DNA from: Minisyncoccota bacterium
GTDB taxonomy: Bacteria > Patescibacteriota > Minisyncoccia > UBA6257 > 2-01-FULL-56-20
NCBI GenBank assembly: GCA_035509435.1
Contig: DATJLR010000007.1
Span: forward strand, 65,555 to 129,554
Reading direction: 5' to 3'
DNA: 64,000 nt
Shown one piece after another: positions 36,230 through 46,226 of this stretch (position 1 is the first letter of the stretch; every line of letters begins with the position of its first letter). Both the position numbers and the translations under genes were made by a program. Below the pieces are notes generated by a model. It saw only the letters and a program-made list of their open reading frames with translations. It did not search any database and was not told the origin of the DNA.

Positions 36230-39200
36230 CTAGTTCGTCAAACCAGTGATGTTCTGGCTCGTAACCGGGATGGAAGTGGACGGGCTAAGCGACGAGATGG
36301 TTCCCGTCACGCCGTCAGTCCACGATACACCCTGGAGAAGAACCTGGTAGCTGCCCGTGCTGCCACCCGTGAACGTCGCCAAGTTGGTCGGTGCCGTGTA
36401 AGTTTTCACGAGTAAAGTCCTCGTGGAGCTATACGGAATCGTCCATTGATTGGAGTTGATGTTCGCGAAGGTGGCTGTACCAGTGCCCAAACCGGTCATC
36501 GTTGTGGTCGCAAGGAGCGTGGACGGGGCCGAGGCATCGTAGAGGCCAAGGACCTGTACCGTGCTCGATGTGATGATCGTGCCGGCAGTAGACAACTGCA
36601 CCGTGAGAACCTTCGGGTTGATGCTGCCACTTCCTGCCGTGAAGTTGAACTCGCCTACGATGTTACCCACACCGGAAATCGAGTTCGGGTTGGAGAAGGA
36701 AGCACCCGACACATCCAACGTCGTCTGGTAGACCGTGAACAGGTTGCCGATGTTGTTCGCAACGACATTCGTCGTGGTCGCCGTAGAGGCATTGGTGTAC
36801 TGGTAGCTCGTCAAAGCGAATGCATGCTTGCCGCCAGACGTCGCATACGGGTACGAATTCGTATCCGCAACGAGGTTGACGTAGGCCGTGGAGTTCGCCG
36901 GGACACTCAAGCCAGTGAGGTTGAAGACCAACACTCCGCTCGAGTTTTCCGTCGCCGTACCCAACACATTACCGCTCGTATCAGTCAACCGGTAGTTGAT
37001 GAAGGTCGAGTGGTCAGTTGCAGCCGTCGAGGTCGTCGAGGTCGAGCTGTCAAGGAGGGTCATCTGCGTTAACGTCTCGCTACCCGTCGTGCTTGCCACG
37101 AACTGGTACTGCGCAACCGTCACGCCAGTGATGCCCATGCCAAGGAAGGACGCCTGAGACGTACCTGCCGAGAGCGAACCGGTCAACGTGCCACCATTGC
37201 TGAATGTCACGTTCTGGCCACCAACAGGACCACCGAAGGTCACTGCATTGCCAGTCTGGGTCGAAGCATTCCAGCCAGTCAGGTTCGTCACGCTTGAGAC
37301 CGTCTGCGGGGTGAGGCTCGAATTCACATCAGCGTAGACGTCAAGCGTCACAGAGCCATTTGCGGCGATCGAGATCGGCGCAGAGCTGTTGAAGTTGTAC
37401 GTCGTATTCGCGGCAACCGTCGGCTGGGTTGTACCCACCTGCGTGCTGCCGTTCATCACGCGGAGGTTCCTGAGATAGGCTACCGCAGCGCTTGATGTGG
37501 TGTTGATCGAGATACCCGTCAAGTTGACCGGGTTAACCTGTCCTGCGGTGAACGTGTACGATCCAATCTTAACGTTGGATGCACCCGCCGTCGCCTGGAC
37601 CGGAGAACCGAGACCGTAGTTAAGCGAAGCAACGAGGTTCGTGCTGGAACTCAAGATCGTAAGCGAGTTGGCCGCGACTTGCGTAACCGACACGCTCGAG
37701 AACGTTGTGTAATCCTGCGCCGAAGAAGCGCCGCCGCCCAACGAAACCTGCACTGTGCCAGTGGCGCTCGAAGGGATGTCACCATAAACCGTCAAGACAC
37801 GGGTCGTGTTGGACGGAATGATGTAGTTCAAGCTGCCAGTGCCTTCGGTGCCGGTCGCATTGGCTCCGAGGTTGACGGTGGTGCCAATCTGCGCACCCTG
37901 ATCATCAACCACGCGGAAGTTGTTTATGCCGCTCGTCTGGGCGGTGGGGAAATCAAGTTCATTGAACTTGACGCTATCGCCCGAAGCGAGCACATCAAAC
38001 ACTCCGAGTACCTGATTGGTGTTTCCTGCCACCGCATAGGTGGTCGGAGAAGATGCATCCTTGGTGATCACGAGGCCACCATTGTTGATGCCGACACCAT
38101 AGAGGTAGACCGGGAAGCCGCCATTATTGCTGTAACCCTGCACACTTGCGCCAATTCCCACTCCATACGTGGTGTCTTCCGCGTGAACGTCAGACGACTG
38201 CTGAATGGAGAATTGGAAACTGCGTCCCGAACCGCCGGTAATGTCAGCATAAAGCGACAATACCGCCGATTGGCCGGAGGTCAGCATAAGAGGAGCGCCC
38301 GAAAGATCGAACGTTACCGTGTTGCTGCCACCCATCGAGGTCACCGTCGCGCCGAGCTGGGTCGAACCGTTCATCAGTTTGATGTTCTGAAGAGCATTCG
38401 AGTCGGTGCTGCCGATGTTCGTAAAGGTGATGCTGTTAAGCTTCACCGGGTTGTTACCAGCCTGAACCGTGAACTGGCCGACGAGATAATCCGTCTGGCC
38501 GGCGTTCACCGTGGTCGACGCTGACGTGTTGTTGGAGATCGTCAAGGTCGCAAGGTTATTAACCGATGCGATCGTGAACTGGCCACTCTCCAACGGGAAG
38601 TTGCCCGTGAAGGTGCCGCCGTTGGCCGTTATTGCGCTTGCGGAAGCTAAGCCAATCTGGAAGATATGGCCAGAATCTGCAGCGACAGTAACGTTATTGC
38701 TGCCAACGCCACCATTCCAGACATCAGCCGTAACGGTGACAACATACGTCGAATTCGCCGGAACCGTAAAGAGTCCTGCGCCGTTCGAGAAGCTGATCGA
38801 GCCATTGTTGATGCCGAGGTTGGACGCCAACTTGGTCGCGCCATTGTAAAGGTAGACGTTGTTCAAGTCGGAATCCTGCGAAAGGCCCGTGCGGGTCAAG
38901 ACCAAGTTCGTGACAGTGACGGGTGTCGCGCCAGCCGTGAAGTCAAGCTTCAAGACCGGAGTGTTCACCGCGCCTGCCGCGATATTGGACGAACCCGGGG
39001 TCTGTGCATCGACAGAGACAGACAACGGAGCGCCCGTAGGCGTCGTCGTACCGCCACCCGTCGTTGTGGTCGTCGTCGTGCTCATCGAGTTAACGAACGA
39101 GCGCGTGATAGGACCGAAGTAACCGACTGCCGGCGAGATGCCGTTCGCGGCCTGGAACTTGGCGAGCGCTGACTGGGTCAACGGGCCGAAGTAACCGGTC

Positions 39201-39499
39201 GGAGCAGAAACTGCCGTCAGGTATCCTTTGCTAATCAAAAGCTGCTGGAGGGACGAAACCTGCGCGCCTGTGCTGCCAATGGTGAGGTCACTGGTGAAGT
39301 CATAGGTCATCGAGGTGGACGTGCCACCGGAAGCATTCAACTGGCTCTGGAGTTGCTGGATCTGCGCGAGCAACGCCGCGATCTGAGCCTGGAGGCTCGC
39401 CGTGGTCTGTGCGCTTGCGACAGGCAGCGCGGCCGCACCTACCGCCCACAAAAGGGTGGTGGCGGTGAGTACCGCTGAAACCAATTTTTTAGAATTCAT
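36230..39499 (-). CDS. Large secreted S-layer-like protein with an N-terminal peptidoglycan-binding domain
   Basis: Signal peptide, LQAQIAALLAQI coil, DLTIGS..LQQLL..TGYFGPLT..FQ..GYFGPITR, Ser/Thr-rich beta repeats; strongly biased codons. Confidence 0.85.
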   Translation of the reverse strand: MNSKKLVSAVLTATTLLWAVGAAALPVASAQTTASLQAQIAALLAQIQQLQSQLNASGGTSTSMTYDFTSDLTIGSTGAQVSSLQQLLISKGYLTAVSAPTGYFGPLTQSALAKFQAANGISPAVGYFGPITRSFVNSMSTTTTTTTGGGTTTPTGAPLSVSVDAQTPGSSNIAAGAVNTPVLKLDFTAGATPVTVTNLVLTRTGLSQDSDLNNVYLYNGATKLASNLGINNGSISFSNGAGLFTVPANSTYVVTVTADVWNGGVGSNNVTVAADSGHIFQIGLASASAITANGGTFTGNFPLESGQFTIASVNNLATLTISNNTSASTTVNAGQTDYLVGQFTVQAGNNPVKLNSITFTNIGSTDSNALQNIKLMNGSTQLGATVTSMGGSNTVTFDLSGAPLMLTSGQSAVLSLYADITGGSGRSFQFSIQQSSDVHAEDTTYGVGIGASVQGYSNNGGFPVYLYGVGINNGGLVITKDASSPTTYAVAGNTNQVLGVFDVLASGDSVKFNELDFPTAQTSGINNFRVVDDQGAQIGTTVNLGANATGTEGTGSLNYIIPSNTTRVLTVYGDIPSSATGTVQVSLGGGASSAQDYTTFSSVSVTQVAANSLTILSSSTNLVASLNYGLGSPVQATAGASNVKIGSYTFTAGQVNPVNLTGISINTTSSAAVAYLRNLRVMNGSTQVGTTQPTVAANTTYNFNSSAPISIAANGSVTLDVYADVNSSLTPQTVSSVTNLTGWNASTQTGNAVTFGGPVGGQNVTFSNGGTLTGSLSAGTSQASFLGMGITGVTVAQYQFVASTTGSETLTQMTLLDSSTSTTSTAATDHSTFINYRLTDTSGNVLGTATENSSGVLVFNLTGLSVPANSTAYVNLVADTNSYPYATSGGKHAFALTSYQYTNASTATTTNVVANNIGNLFTVYQTTLDVSGASFSNPNSISGVGNIVGEFNFTAGSGSINPKVLTVQLSTAGTIITSSTVQVLGLYDASAPSTLLATTTMTGLGTGTATFANINSNQWTIPYSSTRTLLVKTYTAPTNLATFTGGSTGSYQVLLQGVSWTDGVTGTISSLSPSTSIPVTSQNITGLTN

Positions 39500-39863
39500 T
39501 TTTTGTTTAATTTCGATTTAATTATTGGTATCGACCTGGTGGTCCGTTATGGACCAATTCAGCCGTCGACCTTTCCGTGCACCAAATCACGTTTTTATTT
39601 TGCTTGTTTCGGGAACCGTTTCCGGCACTTCACTCTGTTCGCTCTTTCGACCGCCTCGTGAGGGAAAGCGACGATCGATCAAACAGAAGAGAGCGACGAA
39701 AACGGGGTCTGGATCTAGTAATTGGGAAACCGGGAACCCGGTAAAAAAAGAGCCCGCTTTTGGCGAGGCTGAGTGAATGAGCAAACAAGAAATTCGACCA
39801 TAAAAAGTCTCCTCTCCCGATCCCACTTGCGGTTCAGCCTCACACCGAACCTTTAACCATTAT
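39500..39863 (-). promoter_or_regulatory. Promoter and ~350-nt structured 5' leader of the S-layer-like gene
   Basis: TATAAT at ~39858-39863, several hairpins, four GGTCGA motifs, A-rich start region. Confidence 0.55.
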
Positions 39864-39963
39864 ACTGCATGTACTACGCTGTCCGTGCGAGAAAGGGTGT
39901 GGAAAACTATTGAATTGCCCTTTCCTGCATCGCACAGAATATAACGTCCCGGCGCGGGAAAGG

Positions 39964-40674
39964 TTACCTGTCCGCGAACGCCCCTTCCGGTCGCGCCGTA
40001 CGGTAAAAAACCGAGGGTCCGGCAACGCCAACCCGCTCTATTGCTCCCCGTTCAAGGAGCGTTTGCAGGTCATAGCGGATGGTCCGCTCGCTGCAATCCG
40101 GCAATATCTCCTGGATTTCCTTTAACCGGCAATTGCCGGATTGCCGGATGAGCGAAAGTATTGCGTCTTGCCGGATTGCCGAATCATTTGCCGATTGCCG
40201 GATTGCCGGTTCGCCATGCATATGCAATGGCTCTTTTTCCATTGCCGGTTCTTTCTCTGATCTTGATATCGGCGCCGGTGATGCCGATACCGGCGCCGGT
40301 TCCGCAGTGGCGTGTTCCGCGATCTCCGGCTTGGAGAAGATCTCTGCCACATTCACTTCATCGGTCTTCGGCGCGTTCCTGCGCTCGGCGACCGCGGCAT
40401 CGAGCGCGTAGATCTCGCGCATCATTACATCCGTGTTCGGCGTTCCGATGATGCCGGCGTCGCCGCCAAACTTGACGAGGCATTCCATCACCCGGAGCTC
40501 GCGGCCGGCGGCGGCATAATCCTCCCCTGCGGCAGCGGCCAAAAGCGCAGTGCCGGATACGCGCAATGATCCGGCAAAGTCCTTTTCCTGCATCTGCGCC
40601 GCCAGGCGGAACAGCGCGTACGCCACCTCGTATGCTTTCGTGAGGATAAAACGCTCTTTGCCGGAATATTCCAT
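39964..40674 (-). CDS. DNA-binding protein with a helical N-domain, disordered linker and C-terminal DeoR-type winged HTH
   Basis: RQDAILSLIRQSG...LKEI...CSERTIRYDLQTLLERGAIER; start MEYSG at 40674, behind the promoter. Confidence 0.8.
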   Translation of the reverse strand: MEYSGKERFILTKAYEVAYALFRLAAQMQEKDFAGSLRVSGTALLAAAAGEDYAAAGRELRVMECLVKFGGDAGIIGTPNTDVMMREIYALDAAVAERRNAPKTDEVNVAEIFSKPEIAEHATAEPAPVSASPAPISRSEKEPAMEKEPLHMHGEPAIRQSANDSAIRQDAILSLIRQSGNCRLKEIQEILPDCSERTIRYDLQTLLERGAIERVGVAGPSVFYRTARPEGAFADR

Positions 40675-40759
40675 GTGCAGGATTATAATCCGGCAATCCG
40701 GCAATTGCAAGGTTCCAATGGCAAAAGCTCGATCAGCCGAGGAATCCCAAATCCGGCAA
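40097..40759. repeat. Cluster of TTGCCGGA/TCCGGCAA octamers
   Basis: About 16 exact or one-mismatch copies, including tandem arrays at 40126-40210 and 40689-40704. Confidence 0.85.
40682..40710 (-). promoter_or_regulatory. Sigma70 promoter whose spacer is two tandem octamers
   Basis: TTGCAA-TTGCCGGATTGCCGGAT(17)-TATAAT, 7 nt before the ATG. Confidence 0.8.
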
Positions 40760-41299
40760 GATGAGGTCCCGCAGGTAGATCCCGCCAACAAAGAACACCA
40801 TATCCAGGTCCGCACCCGTATTGAACGCACCCGGCTTTAACTTGTCGATAATTTCGGGAGAATGGCCCAGCACATCCTTTACCACAAAAAGGATGTCTTG
40901 CTCGGCGTCATAGACATTCTTGGCTCCTTTTGCCTTTATGAGCGCAAGGAGTTCGTCTTTCTTTGCGTCGATCACCTCCTTGACGCCGCTTTCCTTGAGC
41001 ACCTTTTCGCCATATGCATTGAAGCTCCGCCTCGAGTGAGCGGGGACGGCTTTGTCCTTCCAGAGGATCTCCATCTTTGGATACATTTCCATTACCATCG
41101 GATATATTTCTTTTACCATGGGATATATTTCGTCCATTTTTGAACGCACGTCCTTCATGTCGGTTTTCAACGTGCCGATATCCGCCTGCATCAGCATCGT
41201 CCGCTCATCGATCCGCGCGATAAGCTCGCGCGTGTTGCCCAAGAGCAGCGTGGCGATCCAATTTCCTATTTTTGAAAGCGTTGATAGGTTTTGATCCAT
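40733..41299 (-). CDS. Hypothetical coiled-coil protein with a 7-aa tandem repeat
   Basis: EIYPMVK-EIYPMVM-EMYPKME, a 21-bp repeat at ~41079-41140. Confidence 0.7.
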   Translation of the reverse strand: MDQNLSTLSKIGNWIATLLLGNTRELIARIDERTMLMQADIGTLKTDMKDVRSKMDEIYPMVKEIYPMVMEMYPKMEILWKDKAVPAHSRRSFNAYGEKVLKESGVKEVIDAKKDELLALIKAKGAKNVYDAEQDILFVVKDVLGHSPEIIDKLKPGAFNTGADLDMVFFVGGIYLRDLILPDLGFLG

Positions 41300-41395
41300 G
41301 GTAAGAGTTGTTTTTTTGGCAACAACCCCACCCTAGCACACTCACATTAAAAATATATTAAAAGAATCGCGCGTAAAAACTCCGGCGGAAATCCG

Positions 41396-42121
41396 TTAGA
41401 GCGTCCAATGGGCCGAGGCAAGCACGATGACAAGCAGCGAGAAAAGCACGGTGCCCGTGGCGAGCGCCTTTGTGCGGGAAAGCTCCCCGAACACATATTG
41501 CGGCACGACGTCTATAAGGACGGCGGCCGCAAGGAAGACGACCGCCGACTGGTAGAGGAAATCGAGCGGAAGGAAAAGCCCCACAATGAGAAGCTGCCAC
41601 ATCAGGATGAACGACAGGCCGCCGAGCATGCGACGGAACGAATGCGCCTCGCGCGCCGCGCCATCCGGCACCGCGGAAAAATGTTTGATGAATCCCGCGG
41701 CCATGACGCTCACCGCCCCGGCGGCGATCAGGCTGTAAAGCAGCGCCTTCCCGCCGAGCGCGCCGCCGGTCGTGACGTACAGCTCCCGCACGACGAGATA
41801 CGACAGCACAAGGATCAGGACTTCGTACGCGGTCCGGCGGTCGATGATGATGAGATCCTTGATGAGGAGCATAAAGTAGAATATCGCGGCAAAGAGGATC
41901 GCTGCCAATATGCCCTGCGCGGTCGCAAGGCAAAGCAGGAGGAGCACCAAAAAGGGCGCCAGAACCTTTCGGGCGCCCGTCACAGGAACAAGGGAGAGGT
42001 ATAGCGCGACAAGAAGGAACAGCCAGAATGGCAGCGCCCACCAGGCGACGCCGAACACGACGGCCTTAATGACTGAAGACCAGCTGATCCGCTTTGAAAT
42101 TGACTTTAACCTTTCCGCCAT
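41396..42121 (-). CDS. Hypothetical multi-pass membrane protein
   Basis: About 8 hydrophobic segments; start overlaps the clpB 3' end. Confidence 0.7.
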   Translation of the reverse strand: MAERLKSISKRISWSSVIKAVVFGVAWWALPFWLFLLVALYLSLVPVTGARKVLAPFLVLLLLCLATAQGILAAILFAAIFYFMLLIKDLIIIDRRTAYEVLILVLSYLVVRELYVTTGGALGGKALLYSLIAAGAVSVMAAGFIKHFSAVPDGAAREAHSFRRMLGGLSFILMWQLLIVGLFLPLDFLYQSAVVFLAAAVLIDVVPQYVFGELSRTKALATGTVLFSLLVIVLASAHWTL

Positions 42122-44732
42122 CTTTGAATTCGCCGCGGATGATCTTGTCCGCCAGCTTATCAAGGATAACCTTCTGCATCAATCGCTTCAAGGGGCGCGC
42201 GCCGTACTCCGGGCTGAACCCTTCTTTTGCAAGGTGTGCGCGCGCCGCCGGTTCCACCTCCAGCTTGATATGCCGGTCAGCGAGGCGCTTCTCGATCGCG
42301 CGGATCTGGATGTCCACGATCTTCTCGATATCGTTCCGATGGAGCGGGTTGAAAATGATCACGTCATCAATACGGTTAAGGAATTCCGGGCGGAAACTGC
42401 CGCGAAGCGCTTCCGTCACTTTATCGCGATACTCCCCTTCTTCCACCGCCGCCTCCGCGCCCTCCGCGCTGAATCCGATGCGCGACATCGCCTTGAGGTA
42501 CTCGCTGCCGACATTCGATGTCATGATGATGATGCAGTTCTTGAAGTTGACGGTCTTGCCCTTGCTGTCGGTAAGACGGCCATTGTCCAATACTTGAAGA
42601 AGCAGGTTGAACACTTCCGGATGCGCTTTTTCTATCTCGTCAAAAAGGATCAGGCTGTACGGCCGGTGGCGGACGATCTCGGTCAGCTGGCCACCTTCCT
42701 CGTGGCCGACATAGCCCGGGGGCGAGCCGATCAGGCGGGAAACGGCATGGCGTTCCATGTATTCCGACATATCCACGCGCACGAGCGCCTTTTCGTCATT
42801 GAACATGAACTCCGCAAGCGTGCGGGCGAGCTCGGTCTTGCCGACGCCGGTCGGCCCGAGGAACATGAATGACCCGATCGGCCGGTTCTCGTCCGAAAGT
42901 CCCGCGCGCGAGCGGCGGAGCGCCGACGCGACGGATGCGATCGCCTCGTTCTGGCCGATCACCCGCTCGTGGAGCACATCTTCGATGCGGATGAGCTTGT
43001 CGGCGTCCGTCTCGAGCATCCGCTTGATGGGAATGCCCGTCCAGACGGCGACGACGGCTGCGACATCCTCTTTATCCACCGCTTCTTTAAGAAAACGGTC
43101 ACGCGAGGCGCCGGAAGCGGCAGCGCCTTTCTTTCCTTTCGCAGCGGCCGGGCCGCCGAAGTTCTTTTTCTCGAACATCGCAAAATCCTTCTCGGCGGCC
43201 GGAAGCTCGCCGTACATGATCTGCGCCACGCGCTCAAGATTGCCATCGCGTTCCGCCATTTCCGCTTCGCGCTTCAAGTTGTCCACTTTTTGGCGAAGCT
43301 GGTGCAGGGTTTCGAACTTGATCTTCTCCGAATGCCACTTGCTCGACAGCTCGTCATTCTTGTCTTTTAACACCGCAAGTTGCCTGTCTATCTCTTTGAT
43401 GCGGTCGGCGGTGGCGGTCTTTTGCCCTTCCTGCGAGAGCGCCTGCTTTTCTATCTCGAGGCGCGTGATCTCGCGGCGCGCCCGGTCGATCTCCTTCGGC
43501 AGGCTTTCCGACTCCAGCCGGCGCGCCGCGGCGGCCTCGTCGATCAGGTCTACGGCCTTGTCCGGCAGAAAGCGGTCGGTGATGTAGCGCGCGGAAAGGT
43601 TGACGGCCTCCACGATCGCCTCGTCGCTGATGCGCATGCCGTGATGGATCTCGTATTTTTCTTTGAGCCCGCGCAAAATGGCGATCGAGTCCTCGATCGT
43701 CGGCTCCTCCACCATGATCGGCTGGAAGCGCCGCTCGAGCGCCGGGTCCTTCTCTATATATTTCTGATATTCGCGCACGGTCGTCGCGCCGATCGCGTGG
43801 AGCTCGCCGCGCGCGAGCGCCGGTTTCAATAAATTTGACGCGTCGATGGCGCCTTCCGCGGCACCTGCTCCGACAATGGTATGGATCTCATCTATAAACA
43901 GGATGATGTTGCCGGCGGCGTTCTTTACCTCCTTCATGAACGCCTTTAGCCGATCCTCAAATTCTCCGCGAAACTTGGTTCCCGCGATGAGCGAGCCAAG
44001 GTCCAGCATCAATACCTGCTTGCCCTTGAGCAGCTCGGGAACATCACCCGATGCGATGCGCTGGGCCAATCCCTCTACTATTGCGGTCTTTCCCACGCCC
44101 GGCTCGCCGATCAGGCACGGATTGTTCTTGGTACGGCGCGAGAGCACCTGCATCAGGCGGCGCAGCTCTTCCTCGCGGCCGATCACCGGATCCAGCTCCC
44201 CCGCCTTTGCTTTGTCGCTCAGGTTGATGGCATATTTTTCCAAAACCTGGAATTTGCTCTCCGGCGTTTCATCGGTGACGCGCACGGATCCGCGCAGCTG
44301 AGCAAGCACGCGGAACGCGCTCTCGCGCCGTACACCGAACTTCTCAAGCAATGACTTTGCGGTGCCGGCAACATCAAGCAGGGCAAGCAGAAGATGCTCG
44401 CACGAGACGAACTCGTCCTTTTGCTGGGCGGCGACCTTGGCCGCCTGGTCGAGCACCTTCATCAGCTCCTGCGAAAGATAGAGCTGGCCGAGCGCTGAAT
44501 TGCTGACGATCGGCGGGATGCGATCGAGCTCAATGTCGATCGCCTCATCCAACTGTTCCAGATTGACGCCGCAGCGCTCAAGCACGGGGATCACGAGCGA
44601 CTGCTCATCCTCAAGCAGGGCCGCGAGCAGATGTACCGACTTCAATTCTCCGTGATTCTTTTTTGCCGCGATCTCCTGGGCGTTCTGCAGGGCCTCCTGT
44701 GCTTTTATGGTAAAACGATGGAAGTTTGGCAT
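42066..44732 (-). CDS. clpB: AAA+ chaperone ClpB
   Basis: Clp N domain, GEPGVGKT, long M domain, [15 protein letters not shown]. Confidence 0.93.
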   Translation of the reverse strand: MPNFHRFTIKAQEALQNAQEIAAKKNHGELKSVHLLAALLEDEQSLVIPVLERCGVNLEQLDEAIDIELDRIPPIVSNSALGQLYLSQELMKVLDQAAKVAAQQKDEFVSCEHLLLALLDVAGTAKSLLEKFGVRRESAFRVLAQLRGSVRVTDETPESKFQVLEKYAINLSDKAKAGELDPVIGREEELRRLMQVLSRRTKNNPCLIGEPGVGKTAIVEGLAQRIASGDVPELLKGKQVLMLDLGSLIAGTKFRGEFEDRLKAFMKEVKNAAGNIILFIDEIHTIVGAGAAEGAIDASNLLKPALARGELHAIGATTVREYQKYIEKDPALERRFQPIMVEEPTIEDSIAILRGLKEKYEIHHGMRISDEAIVEAVNLSARYITDRFLPDKAVDLIDEAAAARRLESESLPKEIDRARREITRLEIEKQALSQEGQKTATADRIKEIDRQLAVLKDKNDELSSKWHSEKIKFETLHQLRQKVDNLKREAEMAERDGNLERVAQIMYGELPAAEKDFAMFEKKNFGGPAAAKGKKGAAASGASRDRFLKEAVDKEDVAAVVAVWTGIPIKRMLETDADKLIRIEDVLHERVIGQNEAIASVASALRRSRAGLSDENRPIGSFMFLGPTGVGKTELARTLAEFMFNDEKALVRVDMSEYMERHAVSRLIGSPPGYVGHEEGGQLTEIVRHRPYSLILFDEIEKAHPEVFNLLLQVLDNGRLTDSKGKTVNFKNCIIIMTSNVGSEYLKAMSRIGFSAEGAEAAVEEGEYRDKVTEALRGSFRPEFLNRIDDVIIFNPLHRNDIEKIVDIQIRAIEKRLADRHIKLEVEPAARAHLAKEGFSPEYGARPLKRLMQKVILDKLADKIIRGEFKDGGKVKVNFKADQLVFSH

Positions 44733-44794
44733 GTGATTTTTGATAGTGATACTAAAGTATACGCCGCAGGAGATTAAAAGGTTCTTAACTTAAT

Positions 44795-44861
44795 TATACC
44801 TTTTATACCCTATACCCCGCGGGTATATATCAAATTATAGCCGGAAAAGGCTCATTGTCAA
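44795..44861 (-). promoter_or_regulatory. clpB promoter with a downstream palindromic operator
   Basis: TTGACA-16-TATAAT (44861-44834); TATACCC-CGC-GGGTATA at 44811-44827. Confidence 0.65.
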
Positions 44862-44887
44862 TCTATGGGCGAGATTGCTAATGCCGC

Positions 44888-46186
44888 CTAGGTCCCTGCC
44901 GGGCGTTGCGCAAGCGTCGCCTGGAGCGTTATCTCCTGGCCCTTGCGGTTTACGACGAGCGTGACCGTTGTTCCCACGCTGTATTCGTTGATGACGTTCG
45001 CGAGGTCGTGCGTTGTATCAAGCTTTACGCCGTTCACCGATTCGATGATGTCCCCCGCCTGGATGCCGGCTTTGGCAGCGGGTGAACCGCCCATGACGGC
45101 GGATCCGCTGCCGCCGCTTGAAACCCACGCGCCGTACGTTATCGGAAGTTTGTTCGCCGTGGCGATCGCGGGGGTCACATCCTCATACTCCACGCCGAGG
45201 TATGGCGCCTGGATCGCGCCCGTTGACTCCACGGATGAGATCGCGGCCTTCGCCTCATTGATGGGGATCGCGAAGCCGATGTTCTGTGCATCGGACGCGA
45301 CGGCGGTATCGATGCCGATCACGTCGCCGCGCAGGTCGAGCAACGGGCCGCCGGAGTTGCCGGGGTTGATGGCTGCGTCCGTCTGGATGACGCCGGAGAT
45401 CGTTTCCTGAGCCCCCGTGTCCGGTGCGGAGGCGGTGACCGTGCGCCCGAGGCCGGAAACCGCGCCCACGGAGACGGTGTTGGAGAACTGGCCGAGCGCG
45501 TTGCCGATCGCGATCGCGGTCTGGCCGAGCTGGAGCGAGTCGGAGTTGCCGAGCGTCACGGTGGGAAGGTTCGTTGCGCTGATCTTCAGCACCGCGAGAT
45601 CCTGGTCCGGATCGCGGGCGAGAACGGTTGCCGTATACGTCTTGCCGTCATTCGTAAGGACGGAGTATTGCGCGTTCGTGTCGGACACGACGTGCTTGTT
45701 CGTAAGGATCAATCCGTCGGAAGAGATGATGAATCCGCTGCCGCCGCCCACCGCTTGCAGCTGGGTCTGCCCGCTGTCGCAGGGCACGGTCATGCTGCCA
45801 TTCCCGAACAATTGCTGAAACTGCTGCGGCAGATCGCTGAACGGGTTGTAGGGACAATTCTCCACCACCGGAACGTTCTCGGAAATAGTGATGGACACGA
45901 CGGCGGGCGACGCCTTCTGGACGGCCGCCATTACGTCGGCTTCATACTGGTCCGCGGGTTGGTACAGGCCGGTGGACGATGACTCCGAAACCGCTGCCCC
46001 GCCAAGCGACCCGACAGTTGCGGGATTCTCTGCGGTAAATGGATGGGTGAGGTCGCTCCAGAACGTAGCAAAGGGGTTTGCCGCCGACGCGCTCGGAACC
46101 TTCAAAAGGGCGCCTGCGATGAGGGCCACTATAATAAGCCCCACAAGGGCAACGATGATCTTTCTGGTTTTGTTCATGCCCGGCAT
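44888..46186 (-). CDS. htrA: HtrA/DegP-family serine protease with PDZ domain
   Basis: GSGFII, TNKHVV, DLAVL, INPGNSGGPL, PDZ. Confidence 0.92.
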   Translation of the reverse strand: MPGMNKTRKIIVALVGLIIVALIAGALLKVPSASAANPFATFWSDLTHPFTAENPATVGSLGGAAVSESSSTGLYQPADQYEADVMAAVQKASPAVVSITISENVPVVENCPYNPFSDLPQQFQQLFGNGSMTVPCDSGQTQLQAVGGGSGFIISSDGLILTNKHVVSDTNAQYSVLTNDGKTYTATVLARDPDQDLAVLKISATNLPTVTLGNSDSLQLGQTAIAIGNALGQFSNTVSVGAVSGLGRTVTASAPDTGAQETISGVIQTDAAINPGNSGGPLLDLRGDVIGIDTAVASDAQNIGFAIPINEAKAAISSVESTGAIQAPYLGVEYEDVTPAIATANKLPITYGAWVSSGGSGSAVMGGSPAAKAGIQAGDIIESVNGVKLDTTHDLANVINEYSVGTTVTLVVNRKGQEITLQATLAQRPAGT

Positions 46187-46226
46187 ATGCTTACTATTTT
46201 AGTACGACGATTTTCAAAAGAAAGTT

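Noticed and set aside
40097-40249. Octamer array as CRISPR or oriC
   Set aside because: No spacers, no DnaA-box cluster or AT-rich unwinding element; kept only as a candidate binding array
40675-40830. Longer N-terminus for the wHTH protein
   Set aside because: Overlaps the upstream gene and the gene's own promoter; ATG 40674 fits better
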